Virus record (IMG/VR): IMGVR_UViG_2775506835_000006
Span: 1 to 64,000 of that record
DNA from: a virus
Lineage: Duplodnaviria; Caudoviricetes
Direction: 5' to 3' (one strand)
DNA length: 64,000 bases
Both the position numbers and the translations under genes were made by a program. Positions 51,631-60,013 of this stretch are shown piece after piece (positions within the stretch are counted from its first letter, which is position 1; every line of letters starts with the position of its first letter). Below the pieces are notes generated by a model. The model did no database searches. It was given only the letters and a program-made list of their open reading frames with translations, and was not told where the DNA came from.

Positions 51631-52029
51631 GCTGGGTGAAACTTTTTGACATTTTCCAAATATTAGGTAATAATTCGCTAAATTGGTAAATATTACATGT
51701 CCGTAAAATTGCATCTCAATCGTTGTAGGGGTAGAAGGGGATTTGTTTAATCCACAATGCCCTGAAACTTCAACGAAGGGGATGAACAATATATGCGGTC
51801 AGAATTACCAAAAATTAACATGTCGCCTTTTACCTCGCCCAATCGTTACATTTATAGAGGGATATTTAAATTTAACCTACAGGTTCCCACGGAGCCTGTC
51901 TTGTGCGGACTGGGGGCTATTACAATGCGGATAATTTGCATTTCCACAATAGGTCGTAGTTAGTTTATTCAATCCATAAGCTTGCATGGAACCTGACTTT
52001 AAAAATACGGGGAATGAGAGGGCTGCACA

Positions 52030-52143
52030 ATGAATGAATTAGAGTTTAAGCAACATATTACCGAAATGGTGAATCACATACATAAAATTAGCAGCTTGGA
52101 AAGAATATTGAATCTTATTCTATATTTGATAACAAAAGAATAA
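52030..52143 (+). CDS. 37-aa peptide convergent on the repressor
   Basis: GAGAGG RBS; MNELEFKQHITEMV..LERILNLILYLITKE; shared terminator 52149-52177. Confidence 0.55.
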   Translation: MNELEFKQHITEMVNHIHKISSLERILNLILYLITKE

Positions 52144-52166
52144 ACTGGGGCCGGAGAAATCCGGCC

Positions 52167-52547
52167 TTATTTTTTTTGTCTTAAAGATTCTGCAACGTCG
52201 CAAATTACTTTATAAATGACCTGCCATTCATCGTCTCCCAGCTTTGCCAAAGCTTTAAAAAGCGCCTTTGCTGTTTCGTTGCTGCCGGCCATGATGCGGT
52301 CAAACATCGCAGTTGTATCCGCTTCATCGGAAAGAAATGTGTCTCCGATGCCTTTTGTGAGCCATAAAAAAGAGACGTTAAATTCTCGGCTAATAGATTT
52401 TAAAGATTGTTCAGAGAAATTTCGTCTTCCATTTTCCCATGCACAGACTGATGATCTTGTAACACCTATTCTATCTCCGAATTCTTCTTGGCTTAGGTTT
52501 AGCCTTTGTCTTACTTCAATTACACGATCTTTTATAGATTGCTCCAA
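52167..52547 (-). CDS. XRE-family phage repressor
   Basis: LSQEEFGDRIGVTRSSV..WENGRR..WL..G.G. Confidence 0.9.
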   Translation of the reverse strand: MEQSIKDRVIEVRQRLNLSQEEFGDRIGVTRSSVCAWENGRRNFSEQSLKSISREFNVSFLWLTKGIGDTFLSDEADTTAMFDRIMAGSNETAKALFKALAKLGDDEWQVIYKVICDVAESLRQKK

Positions 52548-52681
52548 TGGTTACACCACCTTTTACTAACATCATATACTATGTTGTAAGCTATGTCAAC
52601 ATTTAAGTAAAAAAAGTTGTTCACAATGTAATCTTAGTATACTATAATGTAAGCGTAGTAAACAGAAGGGGGTGACATAGA

Positions 52682-52849
52682 ATGGCGAGCATTGAACTCA
52701 TGACTAAGGTCGCAGTGAAATTTGCTGGAATGCCGAAAGAGGGGCAAGATACAGCGGAAATCTTATTGTGCGGAATGAAACTTATGTACGATGCCTTGAA
52801 GGATAAGCTTCCTCCGGATCCCAGCCCGCCCGAAAAGAAACCTGCATAG
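52682..52849 (+). CDS. 55-aa protein in the Cro position
   Basis: GGGGGTG RBS, divergent from repressor, no obvious HTH. Confidence 0.6.
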   Translation: MASIELMTKVAVKFAGMPKEGQDTAEILLCGMKLMYDALKDKLPPDPSPPEKKPA

Positions 52850-52931
52850 AAAAAGCTGCCCGAAGGCGTCAAGGAGATGGTGAAAATATACGAGTTTGAA
52901 ATTGCCAGATTAGTTTTGGCTGTCACAGCTA

Positions 52932-53444
52932 TTATTCTTTCTGTTGCAACAATTGCTTTACGTCGGAGAATATAGGAACTTCTATTTCCTTCTGAAGGTT
53001 TCCTCTATTGGTATATATGAAAATAATTATCTTTTGATATGGAAGTAAAAAGGATTCAGATGTTGTACTCAATTTAAAAAGATTACCACTTGCTTCTAAC
53101 CCTTGGAGCGAAAGAGGAAAGGAAGTCGATCGAATGATTCTTTGATTCAGAAGTTCGGTACCTTTATGATTATTAATTTCCATTATAATTTTGGAATCGT
53201 ATTCAACATTGTGTGTAACCGACCCATCTGATATAGCTAACTTTGTAATAGAAATTGGTAACTGTGACTTATTGGATATTGTAAAACGTAACGCATATGC
53301 TGAGTTTTTATCATTGAGATTTAAGGGGTAAATTTTGTCAAGGAATATATCTACCTTTTTTCTGTTCGAAATTACACTGTATACAAAATTATAAACTGAC
53401 AAAGCAAATGCTGCGATTGTTAAAATATTTAAAAATAAGTTCAT
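52932..53444 (-). CDS. N-terminally membrane-anchored hypothetical protein (moron)
   Basis: Hydrophobic N-terminus, AT-rich, AGGAG RBS. Confidence 0.75.
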   Translation of the reverse strand: MNLFLNILTIAAFALSVYNFVYSVISNRKKVDIFLDKIYPLNLNDKNSAYALRFTISNKSQLPISITKLAISDGSVTHNVEYDSKIIMEINNHKGTELLNQRIIRSTSFPLSLQGLEASGNLFKLSTTSESFLLPYQKIIIFIYTNRGNLQKEIEVPIFSDVKQLLQQKE

Positions 53445-53553
53445 GTTTTTTATCTCCTCTCATCAAAATTTTACCACTCAAAAGAGGTCGATGCAATGAT
53501 GAAATCTTGCAAAGTAAAAAAGCCGCCCGAAGGCGGCGAGGGGGTGAACATAG

Positions 53554-53712
53554 TTGGACTCGTCATATTTAAGCCAGCTCAAAGATGAGCTCGCAGACGC
53601 ATACAAAAGGTATTCAAACTCCAATAAGGTTGGACGTGGAGAGGTGGCACATCAAATTCGGCAGATAAAGCGAGATATTCGGTGTAATTCTATGAAATCG
53701 GGAGATACGTAA
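53554..53712 (+). CDS. Small conserved hypothetical protein
   Basis: Homologous to 4081-4245. Confidence 0.6.
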   Translation: MDSSYLSQLKDELADAYKRYSNSNKVGRGEVAHQIRQIKRDIRCNSMKSGDT

Positions 53713-53860
53713 TTTTTATGTAAACTCAAAGTTGCACAAAGTTTTGAGAAGTGATTTTTAGCCGAAAAGTTTATTCTTGGGAAATAAAAATTGTCCCATA
53801 TCAAATTTGAGAAAGTAAAGCAAACGCGAGACAATTGAAAAGTAAATGAGGTGAATAAAA

Positions 53861-54082
53861 TTGACTAAAGAAGAAATTATGGCGTCTGAAAAAGACCCAT
53901 TGACCCCGGCAGATATAGCCCCAATTCTTGGTTGCGATCCGCAGCTTATTCGTGTGGCTGCCAAAGATAAGGAAAACCGGCACCTGTTGTCCTTTCCAGT
54001 GGACATCATAGGGAACCGCGTGAAAATTCCACGCATTCCGTTTATTCGATCGCGTGGATGGAAGTCAGGTGAAGAATACTGA
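53861..54082 (+). CDS. Excisionase-like DNA-binding protein
   Basis: LTPADIAPILG.DPQLIR..GNRVKIPR. Confidence 0.72.
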   Translation: MTKEEIMASEKDPLTPADIAPILGCDPQLIRVAAKDKENRHLLSFPVDIIGNRVKIPRIPFIRSRGWKSGEEY

Positions 54083-54164
54083 TCAAATCAATTGAAAAAA
54101 TTGTCTTCTATGTGGTCAGACAACGGGAGACGAGCAGAAATCACGCAATGAAGGAGAACAAGCC

Positions 54165-54386
54165 GTGAACAAAGACAGTCCATACATAAAGCACAGCCGT
54201 CTGGGCGTGATCTTGTTTGTTACCGGCCTGATCGGGGCCTTCCTCACAGCCATGGCGTCGGACAGCGGAATGCTGACCGTCTACCAAGTGTTGATTATGA
54301 CAACGGCAGAGAGTTTGGCTATGGGGATTGGCGGGTTGCTGCGTGATAAAGATTCACAGAATGGAGGTCGAGAAAAACAAAAATGA
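54165..54386 (+). CDS. Small two-TM membrane protein
   Basis: Homolog of 4474-4695. Confidence 0.7.
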   Translation: MNKDSPYIKHSRLGVILFVTGLIGAFLTAMASDSGMLTVYQVLIMTTAESLAMGIGGLLRDKDSQNGGREKQK

Positions 54387-55498
54387 AAAGCTGTATGGAG
54401 AGAATGAAGGAGAATCACACAGACGAGAAAATCGCTTCGTTTCGGGTAAAACAGAAACTACCGTATGAAGCAAAAATAAACTATGCATACACACGCGCAT
54501 GGGAGTTCTACAACGAGTGTGGCAAGCGAGGACTGAACTGTCATGTATCCGTAGGTGGTCTGGACAGCATTACTTTGCTGTTGTTTTTGCGGTCCATTGG
54601 GATAGATGTTCCAGCGGTTTCGGTATCGACCCTGGAGGACAAGAGCATTCAGGCCATACATAAAACATTGGGAATCATTTCACTGAAACCTTTAAAGAGC
54701 AAAACACAAGTTCTGCAGGAATGTGGGTTCCCGGTACTGTCTAAAGAAACGGCGTCGAAGATCGAGCTGCTACAGAATCCATCTCCAAAGAATGCCACAG
54801 TCCGGCATGCAATCATCACAGGAGAAACCGGAGCATACGGAGGAAACCGGACAGGCACCCGGATGAAGATGGCTCAGAAATGGCTGGAACTGTTTGCAGG
54901 AGGTGAAAATGAACGGGAGGATGTGCAATATCAATGTGCGCCGTTTAAAGTATCCGCCAAGTGTTGCTATTACCTCAAAGAGAAGCCATGTGATGACTGG
55001 GCGAAAGAACACAACAGTGTACCGTATCTGGGTCTCATGGCGTCCGAAGGAGGTCGCCGCCAAAAGTCGCTCATGATGAATGGATGCAACTACTTTGGAA
55101 AGACAGCGATACGGTCAGCGCCATTTGCGATATTTGACCGCCAAGATCTGTTGCAGCTTGCCCTTGACCTGGATGTACCTGTTCCAGAGGTATACGGCAC
55201 CATAGAATGCCAAGCAGATGGCACGCTTTACACAACAAGAGCACAGAGGACAGGCTGCTCCATGTGCGGGTTTGGAATCCAGCTCGAAAAGAGACCGCAT
55301 CGATTTGACCGGCTCTACGAAGACAACCCGAAAGAATGGAATTTTTGGATGCACCGATGTGTGAAAGATCCAGTTACAAATGAAGTATATGGGTGGGGTA
55401 GGGTGCTGGACTACATAGGGGTACATTGGACACAGGGATCATTACAAACAGATCTGGACTTGCAAGCAGGGAAAACTGCCAGCAGAAAGAAAGGATGA
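54383..55498 (+). CDS. PAPS-reductase-family phage protein
   Basis: Protein identical to 4692-5807. Confidence 0.8.
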   Translation: MKSCMERMKENHTDEKIASFRVKQKLPYEAKINYAYTRAWEFYNECGKRGLNCHVSVGGLDSITLLLFLRSIGIDVPAVSVSTLEDKSIQAIHKTLGIISLKPLKSKTQVLQECGFPVLSKETASKIELLQNPSPKNATVRHAIITGETGAYGGNRTGTRMKMAQKWLELFAGGENEREDVQYQCAPFKVSAKCCYYLKEKPCDDWAKEHNSVPYLGLMASEGGRRQKSLMMNGCNYFGKTAIRSAPFAIFDRQDLLQLALDLDVPVPEVYGTIECQADGTLYTTRAQRTGCSMCGFGIQLEKRPHRFDRLYEDNPKEWNFWMHRCVKDPVTNEVYGWGRVLDYIGVHWTQGSLQTDLDLQAGKTASRKKG

Positions 55499-55505
55499 CG
55501 AAGAC

Positions 55506-55769
55506 TTGAGATTGCGAGAATATCCATTGGGGAACCGCAATATTGTAGGTGCCCGTGTTACGGAAGCACGCCGCCGTGTGAACATGCCTCAAAGAGTCTT
55601 ACTTGCAAAAATGCAGGTCAAAGGCATAGAACTGAACACATCCGGTTTATCCAAATTGGAAGGGCAGCACCGGTATGTTATGGATTTTGAACTTGCGGCG
55701 CTGGCTGATGTTTTGGATGTAAAAGTGGATTGGCTCCTTGGAAGAGACGACTACATAAAGGGGAAGTAG
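55506..55769 (+). CDS. XRE-family HTH protein
   Basis: Two substitutions versus 5815-6078. Confidence 0.85.
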   Translation: MRLREYPLGNRNIVGARVTEARRRVNMPQRVLLAKMQVKGIELNTSGLSKLEGQHRYVMDFELAALADVLDVKVDWLLGRDDYIKGK

Positions 55770-55771
55770 AA

Positions 55772-56065
55772 ATGCAGAAGGACAAAAAAGAAGCCGCCCT
55801 GGGCGTTACGAGCACCCAAAGCGGCAAAGCGAAATGCGACAACATTTCTAATCAAAGTGTAGAGCAGAATAGCGTGAATGTCAAGACGCTGGAAATGGTA
55901 AAGGAATTGGTTTGGTTAAAGGAAAACGTGGAAAAGCGGTATACCGCCGGCAAGGTGGATTCCTGTTATGTGTATACCCATGACGATGATAACGGTGCAC
56001 AGGCAGGTGTTTCCTTTACGTGTGCGGGAGAGCTGTACACGTTGACATTGCATCATGAGGTTTAA
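55772..56065 (+). CDS. Hypothetical protein
   Basis: Homolog of 6081-6374. Confidence 0.7.
   Translation: MQKDKKEAALGVTSTQSGKAKCDNISNQSVEQNSVNVKTLEMVKELVWLKENVEKRYTAGKVDSCYVYTHDDDNGAQAGVSFTCAGELYTLTLHHEV
55783..55884 (-). ncRNA. Putative antisense sRNA cassette (copy 2)
   Basis: TTGACA-N17-TACACT and terminator conserved; promoter substitutions only in the spacer. Confidence 0.6.
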
Positions 56066-56076
56066 ATGGTAGAGAT

Positions 56077-56562
56077 ATGACACGTGCAGAGTTGATATCC
56101 ATCTTAAATACGACACTGGATGCTACCTTGAGAGACTGTAAAGAGGACAACCCCATTGTATTCTGGACGTTCTTCATGAATCACTTTGACGGAACAGTTC
56201 GCCGCAAAATCGGTGATGATCTGGAACGCAAGGGAAAGAACCGATACACAGGAGAACCAGCAAAAGCCAAACAGACAGAATCTGCGGTAATAAGCAAATG
56301 TGACCAGTGCTGGTGTGACACATGCAAGAACTTTGATGACTGTGTGATTGATATGGAGGACTGTGATGCAGAGGTGGAGCCATGTCCCTGTGATGCATGT
56401 GTAGACAGAGACTGCCCACCTTATTCACCCATTACAGCGGAACCGCCATGCGGCAAATACCGCGCACACGAAGCAGGAAGGATGGAACATGCCCAAGAAA
56501 AAGAACAGAAACAGAATATTTATCAGCCAAAAAGAAGCCTGCGAAAACTGCCAGTGCCATGA
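56077..56562 (+). CDS. Cys-rich hypothetical protein
   Basis: Homolog of 6386-6871. Confidence 0.75.
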   Translation: MTRAELISILNTTLDATLRDCKEDNPIVFWTFFMNHFDGTVRRKIGDDLERKGKNRYTGEPAKAKQTESAVISKCDQCWCDTCKNFDDCVIDMEDCDAEVEPCPCDACVDRDCPPYSPITAEPPCGKYRAHEAGRMEHAQEKEQKQNIYQPKRSLRKLPVP

Positions 56563-56725
56563 CTGCGCAAAGCGGGAAATCTGCCGGCTGCGCCGTCCAC
56601 CGCCTCCGCCACCAGAACGGGAAATGCTGCCATATCCCTGTCAGGGCTGCGGGAGGGATGGGGTTTACCAGCCCTTTGTCCCGAGGACTACGGCGGCGAT
56701 CTGCCAGATGTGCATAACGTCGTAG
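56489..56725 (+). CDS. Small Cys-rich protein
   Basis: Homolog of 6798-7034. Confidence 0.7.
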   Translation: MPKKKNRNRIFISQKEACENCQCHDCAKREICRLRRPPPPPPEREMLPYPCQGCGRDGVYQPFVPRTTAAICQMCITS

Positions 56726-56739
56726 GGGGGACCGGTGAA

Positions 56740-56934
56740 ATGAAACCGCCCTATGATAATACAATTTGCCCACTATGCGGAAAGGACGTGCAACAAACGC
56801 GTGTCTGGACACATTGTCCATTGTATGAAGCTATGATTTGTCAGGATCACTGCTATGCCGGCTGTTCTTCCAGAAATGAATGGTCCCCGCACTGCAGGTA
56901 CGATGCCGCATTGGGACAGGTAAACGGCAATTGA
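56740..56934 (+). CDS. Small Zn-finger-like protein
   Basis: Homolog of 7050-7244. Confidence 0.7.
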   Translation: MKPPYDNTICPLCGKDVQQTRVWTHCPLYEAMICQDHCYAGCSSRNEWSPHCRYDAALGQVNGN

Positions 56935-57132
56935 ATATGAATAAAAATCACCCATCGACATGAGGCCCGGCAGCCGTCGATGGGTGAAGCATTACCCGGA
57001 TAGTATCCGGAGCAAATACATTGTACACCATCTGCTCCATGTGTATTATCCCAATAGGCAAAAGTCCGGGCCTTTTCTGCCTTGGTTGAGGTATTAACAT
57101 TACGGGCATAACTGGGAGAGGGAGGAAGAGCG

Positions 57133-57936
57133 GTGTACCTGAAGAAGACCTGTAAAGCTGGAATCACTATAGAAGTACACAAGAGCTATTCCGCCCGGTA
57201 CGGCCGAAACATCCCAAGGGGAAAAAGAGAAAGCCGCACACCGGAGGCGATGAAAAAATACAACGAGAAGATGGCGTGGAGAAAGCTCACCCGGCAGATC
57301 AACGCGAACTTTGTTCCCGGGGATCTATTCCTGACCTGCACCTACCGGAAGGAGGTGCGTCCGGATCCACAGCGGGCGAAGCAAAATATAGAGAATTTCC
57401 TGGACCGTGTACGTAGGCGTTTCAAAAAGGCAGGGGTGGAGTTTAAATACATTCTGGTGACAGCCTATGGAAAGCAGGGCGGGATCCATCATCACGTGAT
57501 CATTCCTGCATTTGATTATCAGGTTGTTACAGCATGTTGGCCGCACGGAGCTATGCGGTTTGAGGCCCTGTATCCAGATGGCGAATACTCCGCCCTTGCC
57601 TGGTATCTTATCAAACAATCCCGCCTGTCCCCAGATGGAAGGGAATCCATTCCCGGGAATCGATGGTCCGGAAGCCGGAATCTTATCAAGCCGGTGGAGA
57701 AGGTGCAGGAGGTAGACGCCAGGGAGTGGCGCGAGGAACCGAAACCTGTTAAAGGCTATTACATAGATCCGAATTCTGTAGAGAATGGGATTTCGCCGGT
57801 CACGGGGATTCCATATCAGTTCTACAGGATGATTCAAATACAGTCATTACAAAAGGAAAGAGAAAGTTTAACAAATACAAAGCGATCCAAGGGAGAGAAA
57901 CTAAAAGATAAACGAAGTAAAGGACATTCTAAATAG
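57133..57936 (+). CDS. HUH-family replication initiator-like protein
   Basis: FLTCTY, IHHHVII, LAWYL; C-terminal tail differs from copy 1. Confidence 0.8.
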   Translation: MYLKKTCKAGITIEVHKSYSARYGRNIPRGKRESRTPEAMKKYNEKMAWRKLTRQINANFVPGDLFLTCTYRKEVRPDPQRAKQNIENFLDRVRRRFKKAGVEFKYILVTAYGKQGGIHHHVIIPAFDYQVVTACWPHGAMRFEALYPDGEYSALAWYLIKQSRLSPDGRESIPGNRWSGSRNLIKPVEKVQEVDAREWREEPKPVKGYYIDPNSVENGISPVTGIPYQFYRMIQIQSLQKERESLTNTKRSKGEKLKDKRSKGHSK

Positions 57937-58037
57937 AATTAAAAGTAAAATCAACCGGTCGTAAGTGTTTAAAGTACAGCGGCTTAAAGAGCAAAAGTCA
58001 CGTGCGTTGAGCTTTTTCTAACGAGCATATAGATAAA

Positions 58038-58204
58038 GTGCGAATCGCAAGCTCACATAGATTTCTTAAGAGATTCGCACCTCGCATAGTTACTGGATTT
58101 TTTGCATTTTAATTCTCATACAGGGGAATTGTTTTCTCATTTTTATGGGATTCGCATTTTAGGCCTTTACAACCCGCATGGTTACTGGGTATAATAGGGG
58201 TGCA
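58038..58204 (+). promoter_or_regulatory. CRISPR leader with inverted repeat and promoter
   Basis: GTGCGAATC(58038)..GATTCGCAC(58080); AT-rich stretch; TTTACA(58166)-N18-TATAAT(58190). Confidence 0.75.
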
Positions 58205-58566
58205 GTCAAAATCCACGCCCCGTAAGGGGACGGAAACCCCCTGCTTCCCGATGCGGTAAATCCCGAAGTCGTGTCAAAATCCACGCCCCGTAAGGGGACG
58301 GAAACAGCTCTTTCTACATCCAACTGATAAGTTTCATAGGTCAAAATCCACGCCCCGTAAGGGGACGGAAACGGCTGACCGCCAAGCCGCACCAGTAAAA
58401 TGCGCGTCTAAATCCACGCCCCGTAAGGGGACGGAAACATTCCAAAGCTGCTTTAGCTTTGTAGGATTACCGGTCTAAATCCACGCCCCGTAAGGGGACG
58501 GAAACCCGCCCTGAATATCATTCGTCCCATAAAAGATGGGTCTAAATCCACGCCCCGTAAGGGGAC
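58205..58566 (+). CRISPR. Orphan CRISPR mini-array: 6 repeats (last truncated), 5 spacers of 35, 34, 33, 34, 34 bp
   Basis: 33-bp repeat GTC(A/T)AAATCCACGCCCCGTAAGGGGACGGAAAC at 58205, 58273, 58340, 58406, 58473, 58540; unique spacers; no cas gene in window. Confidence 0.97.
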
Positions 58567-58572
58567 AAAAAG

Positions 58573-58610
58573 AAGCGCCCATTCCGGAAACTTGCCGGAA
58601 TGGGCGCTTT
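58573..58610 (+). terminator. Terminator closing the CRISPR transcript
   Basis: AAGCGCCCATTCCGG..CCGGAATGGGCGCTTT. Confidence 0.85.
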
Positions 58611-58715
58611 GTTCGCGTCTAAAAACTGCATCTGTTCCATTTGTGCGATACTTAGAAATAATAGAAGGTATCAATATATCGCATACCACAGCGGTTAAGA
58701 ATGGAGGCAGGCAGC

Positions 58716-59126
58716 GTGGGGCGCAGAGACCTGAATTTGGATGAATACAATATCACAAAACTACAGTATCGAGAACTTCATAACTTTTGTTTGCAATATG
58801 CTGATAAGAAACAGCAGCTTGCGGAACTGAAAAATCCATATGGGAGTTCACAGGGTTACAATACGCCGACTGGCTGTACAATAGGAGATCCAACTGCAAG
58901 GACAGCGGAACGAATCATAATCCTTTCTAAAGAGATTGAAGCAATTGAACAAACCGCTATGGAGATCGCCCCGGAAGAATACCAGAATATTCTGTTGGCG
59001 GTAACGGAGGACGTTCCCTGGCATTTCCTACAGCTGTTAAAAGGGTTAGAAATGGGAAGGCATGACTTTGAATGTGCTAGAAGGCGCTTTTACTATAATC
59101 TTGCACAAAGAAAAGGGATGATATAA
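58716..59126 (+). CDS. Putative late transcriptional activator (RinA/ArpU-like position)
   Basis: YRELHNFCLQY..GDPTARTA..AIEQTA..RRRFYY; precedes late module. Confidence 0.65.
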   Translation: MGRRDLNLDEYNITKLQYRELHNFCLQYADKKQQLAELKNPYGSSQGYNTPTGCTIGDPTARTAERIIILSKEIEAIEQTAMEIAPEEYQNILLAVTEDVPWHFLQLLKGLEMGRHDFECARRRFYYNLAQRKGMI

Positions 59127-59285
59127 GGAAATATTTTATATTGCTTGGCGTTCTGAACACATACCTATGGTTTATGATAGAATTACCGAAAACAAAATAA
59201 AATACAAGATCTTCTTCTCTTCCTTCCGTGATAGCGCTCTGCATTCGCAGGGCGCTATTTCTTTACCTGAAAGGAGGCCATTGTA

Positions 59286-59492
59286 TTGAATTACAAAGAA
59301 ACGATAGCAGAATGTGAGGCCGAAATAGCCGTTATTGACGCAAAGCTTGCCCAGATCAGAACCAGCAACAATTGGCTGGAGAACGCCCGATACAATCAGC
59401 TCTCTTGTATGCGCGGGGACCTGTGTCTGCAGCTCCACGCGGCACGGATCGCAGCGAGCAGGGGCCGGCCACCGGATGGAGGTGATCCGTAA
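59286..59492 (+). CDS. Small coiled-coil hypothetical protein, first late gene
   Basis: Homolog of 9815-10021. Confidence 0.75.
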   Translation: MNYKETIAECEAEIAVIDAKLAQIRTSNNWLENARYNQLSCMRGDLCLQLHAARIAASRGRPPDGGDP

Positions 59493-60013
59493 TGGCATTA
59501 AAAGCAAAACAAAAACGATTCGTTGAAGAATACCTTGTTGATTTAAATGCAACGCAGGCGGCAATCCGCGCCGGATATTCTCCGGAATCTGCTGGATCAA
59601 TCGGGAGTGAAAACCTGCATAAACCTGAAATCCGCACGCGTATAGACAAGGCTATGGCCGAACGCTCGAAACGGACCGGAATCAACGCCGACCGTGTCCT
59701 TATGGAATTGGGTAAGATTGCCTTCATCAATGCCACCGACGTGATCAATATGGATGATGCGACAATCTTGTCTGAAGCCAATCGCGACGACACAGCCGCA
59801 ATTGCATCCGTGAAAGTCAAGACCATACCCGGAGAAGATGGAGATGGTGTCGAACGGGAAATCCGCTTGGCTGATAAACTAAAAGCTTTGGAATTGCTGG
59901 GTAAACATTTGGGCCTCTTTACCGATAAGGTAGAAGTGAAAGGGCAGATCGACACCGGGCAGAAAAAGCTTGAGGACATTTTAAGCCAGCTGCGAGGGGA
60001 TTCCGGTGAATGA
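59492..60013 (+). CDS. terS: Terminase small subunit (Terminase_2 type)
   Basis: KQKRFVEEYLVDLNATQAAIRAGYS..KALELLGKHLGLF. Confidence 0.95.
   Translation: MALKAKQKRFVEEYLVDLNATQAAIRAGYSPESAGSIGSENLHKPEIRTRIDKAMAERSKRTGINADRVLMELGKIAFINATDVINMDDATILSEANRDDTAAIASVKVKTIPGEDGDGVEREIRLADKLKALELLGKHLGLFTDKVEVKGQIDTGQKKLEDILSQLRGDSGE

Larger units (their letters stand above)
54165..57837 (+). repeat. Copy 2 of the shared early/replication module
   Basis: Colinear with 4474-8147. Confidence 0.95.

Noticed and set aside
58238-58472. In-window targets for spacers 1-4
   Set aside because: By-eye DNA and translated comparison gave only short matches (for example GAAGCAGGGG at 26761); nothing credible. 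A computed search is still needed.
58159-58689. Minus-strand ORFs of 77 and 78 aa over the array
   Set aside because: They are translations of repeats and spacers, not genes.
57133-59126. Array-flanking genes as novel Cas effectors
   Set aside because: The Rep has a near-identical copy without an array in prophage 1, and the downstream gene fits a late activator; no Cas motifs seen.
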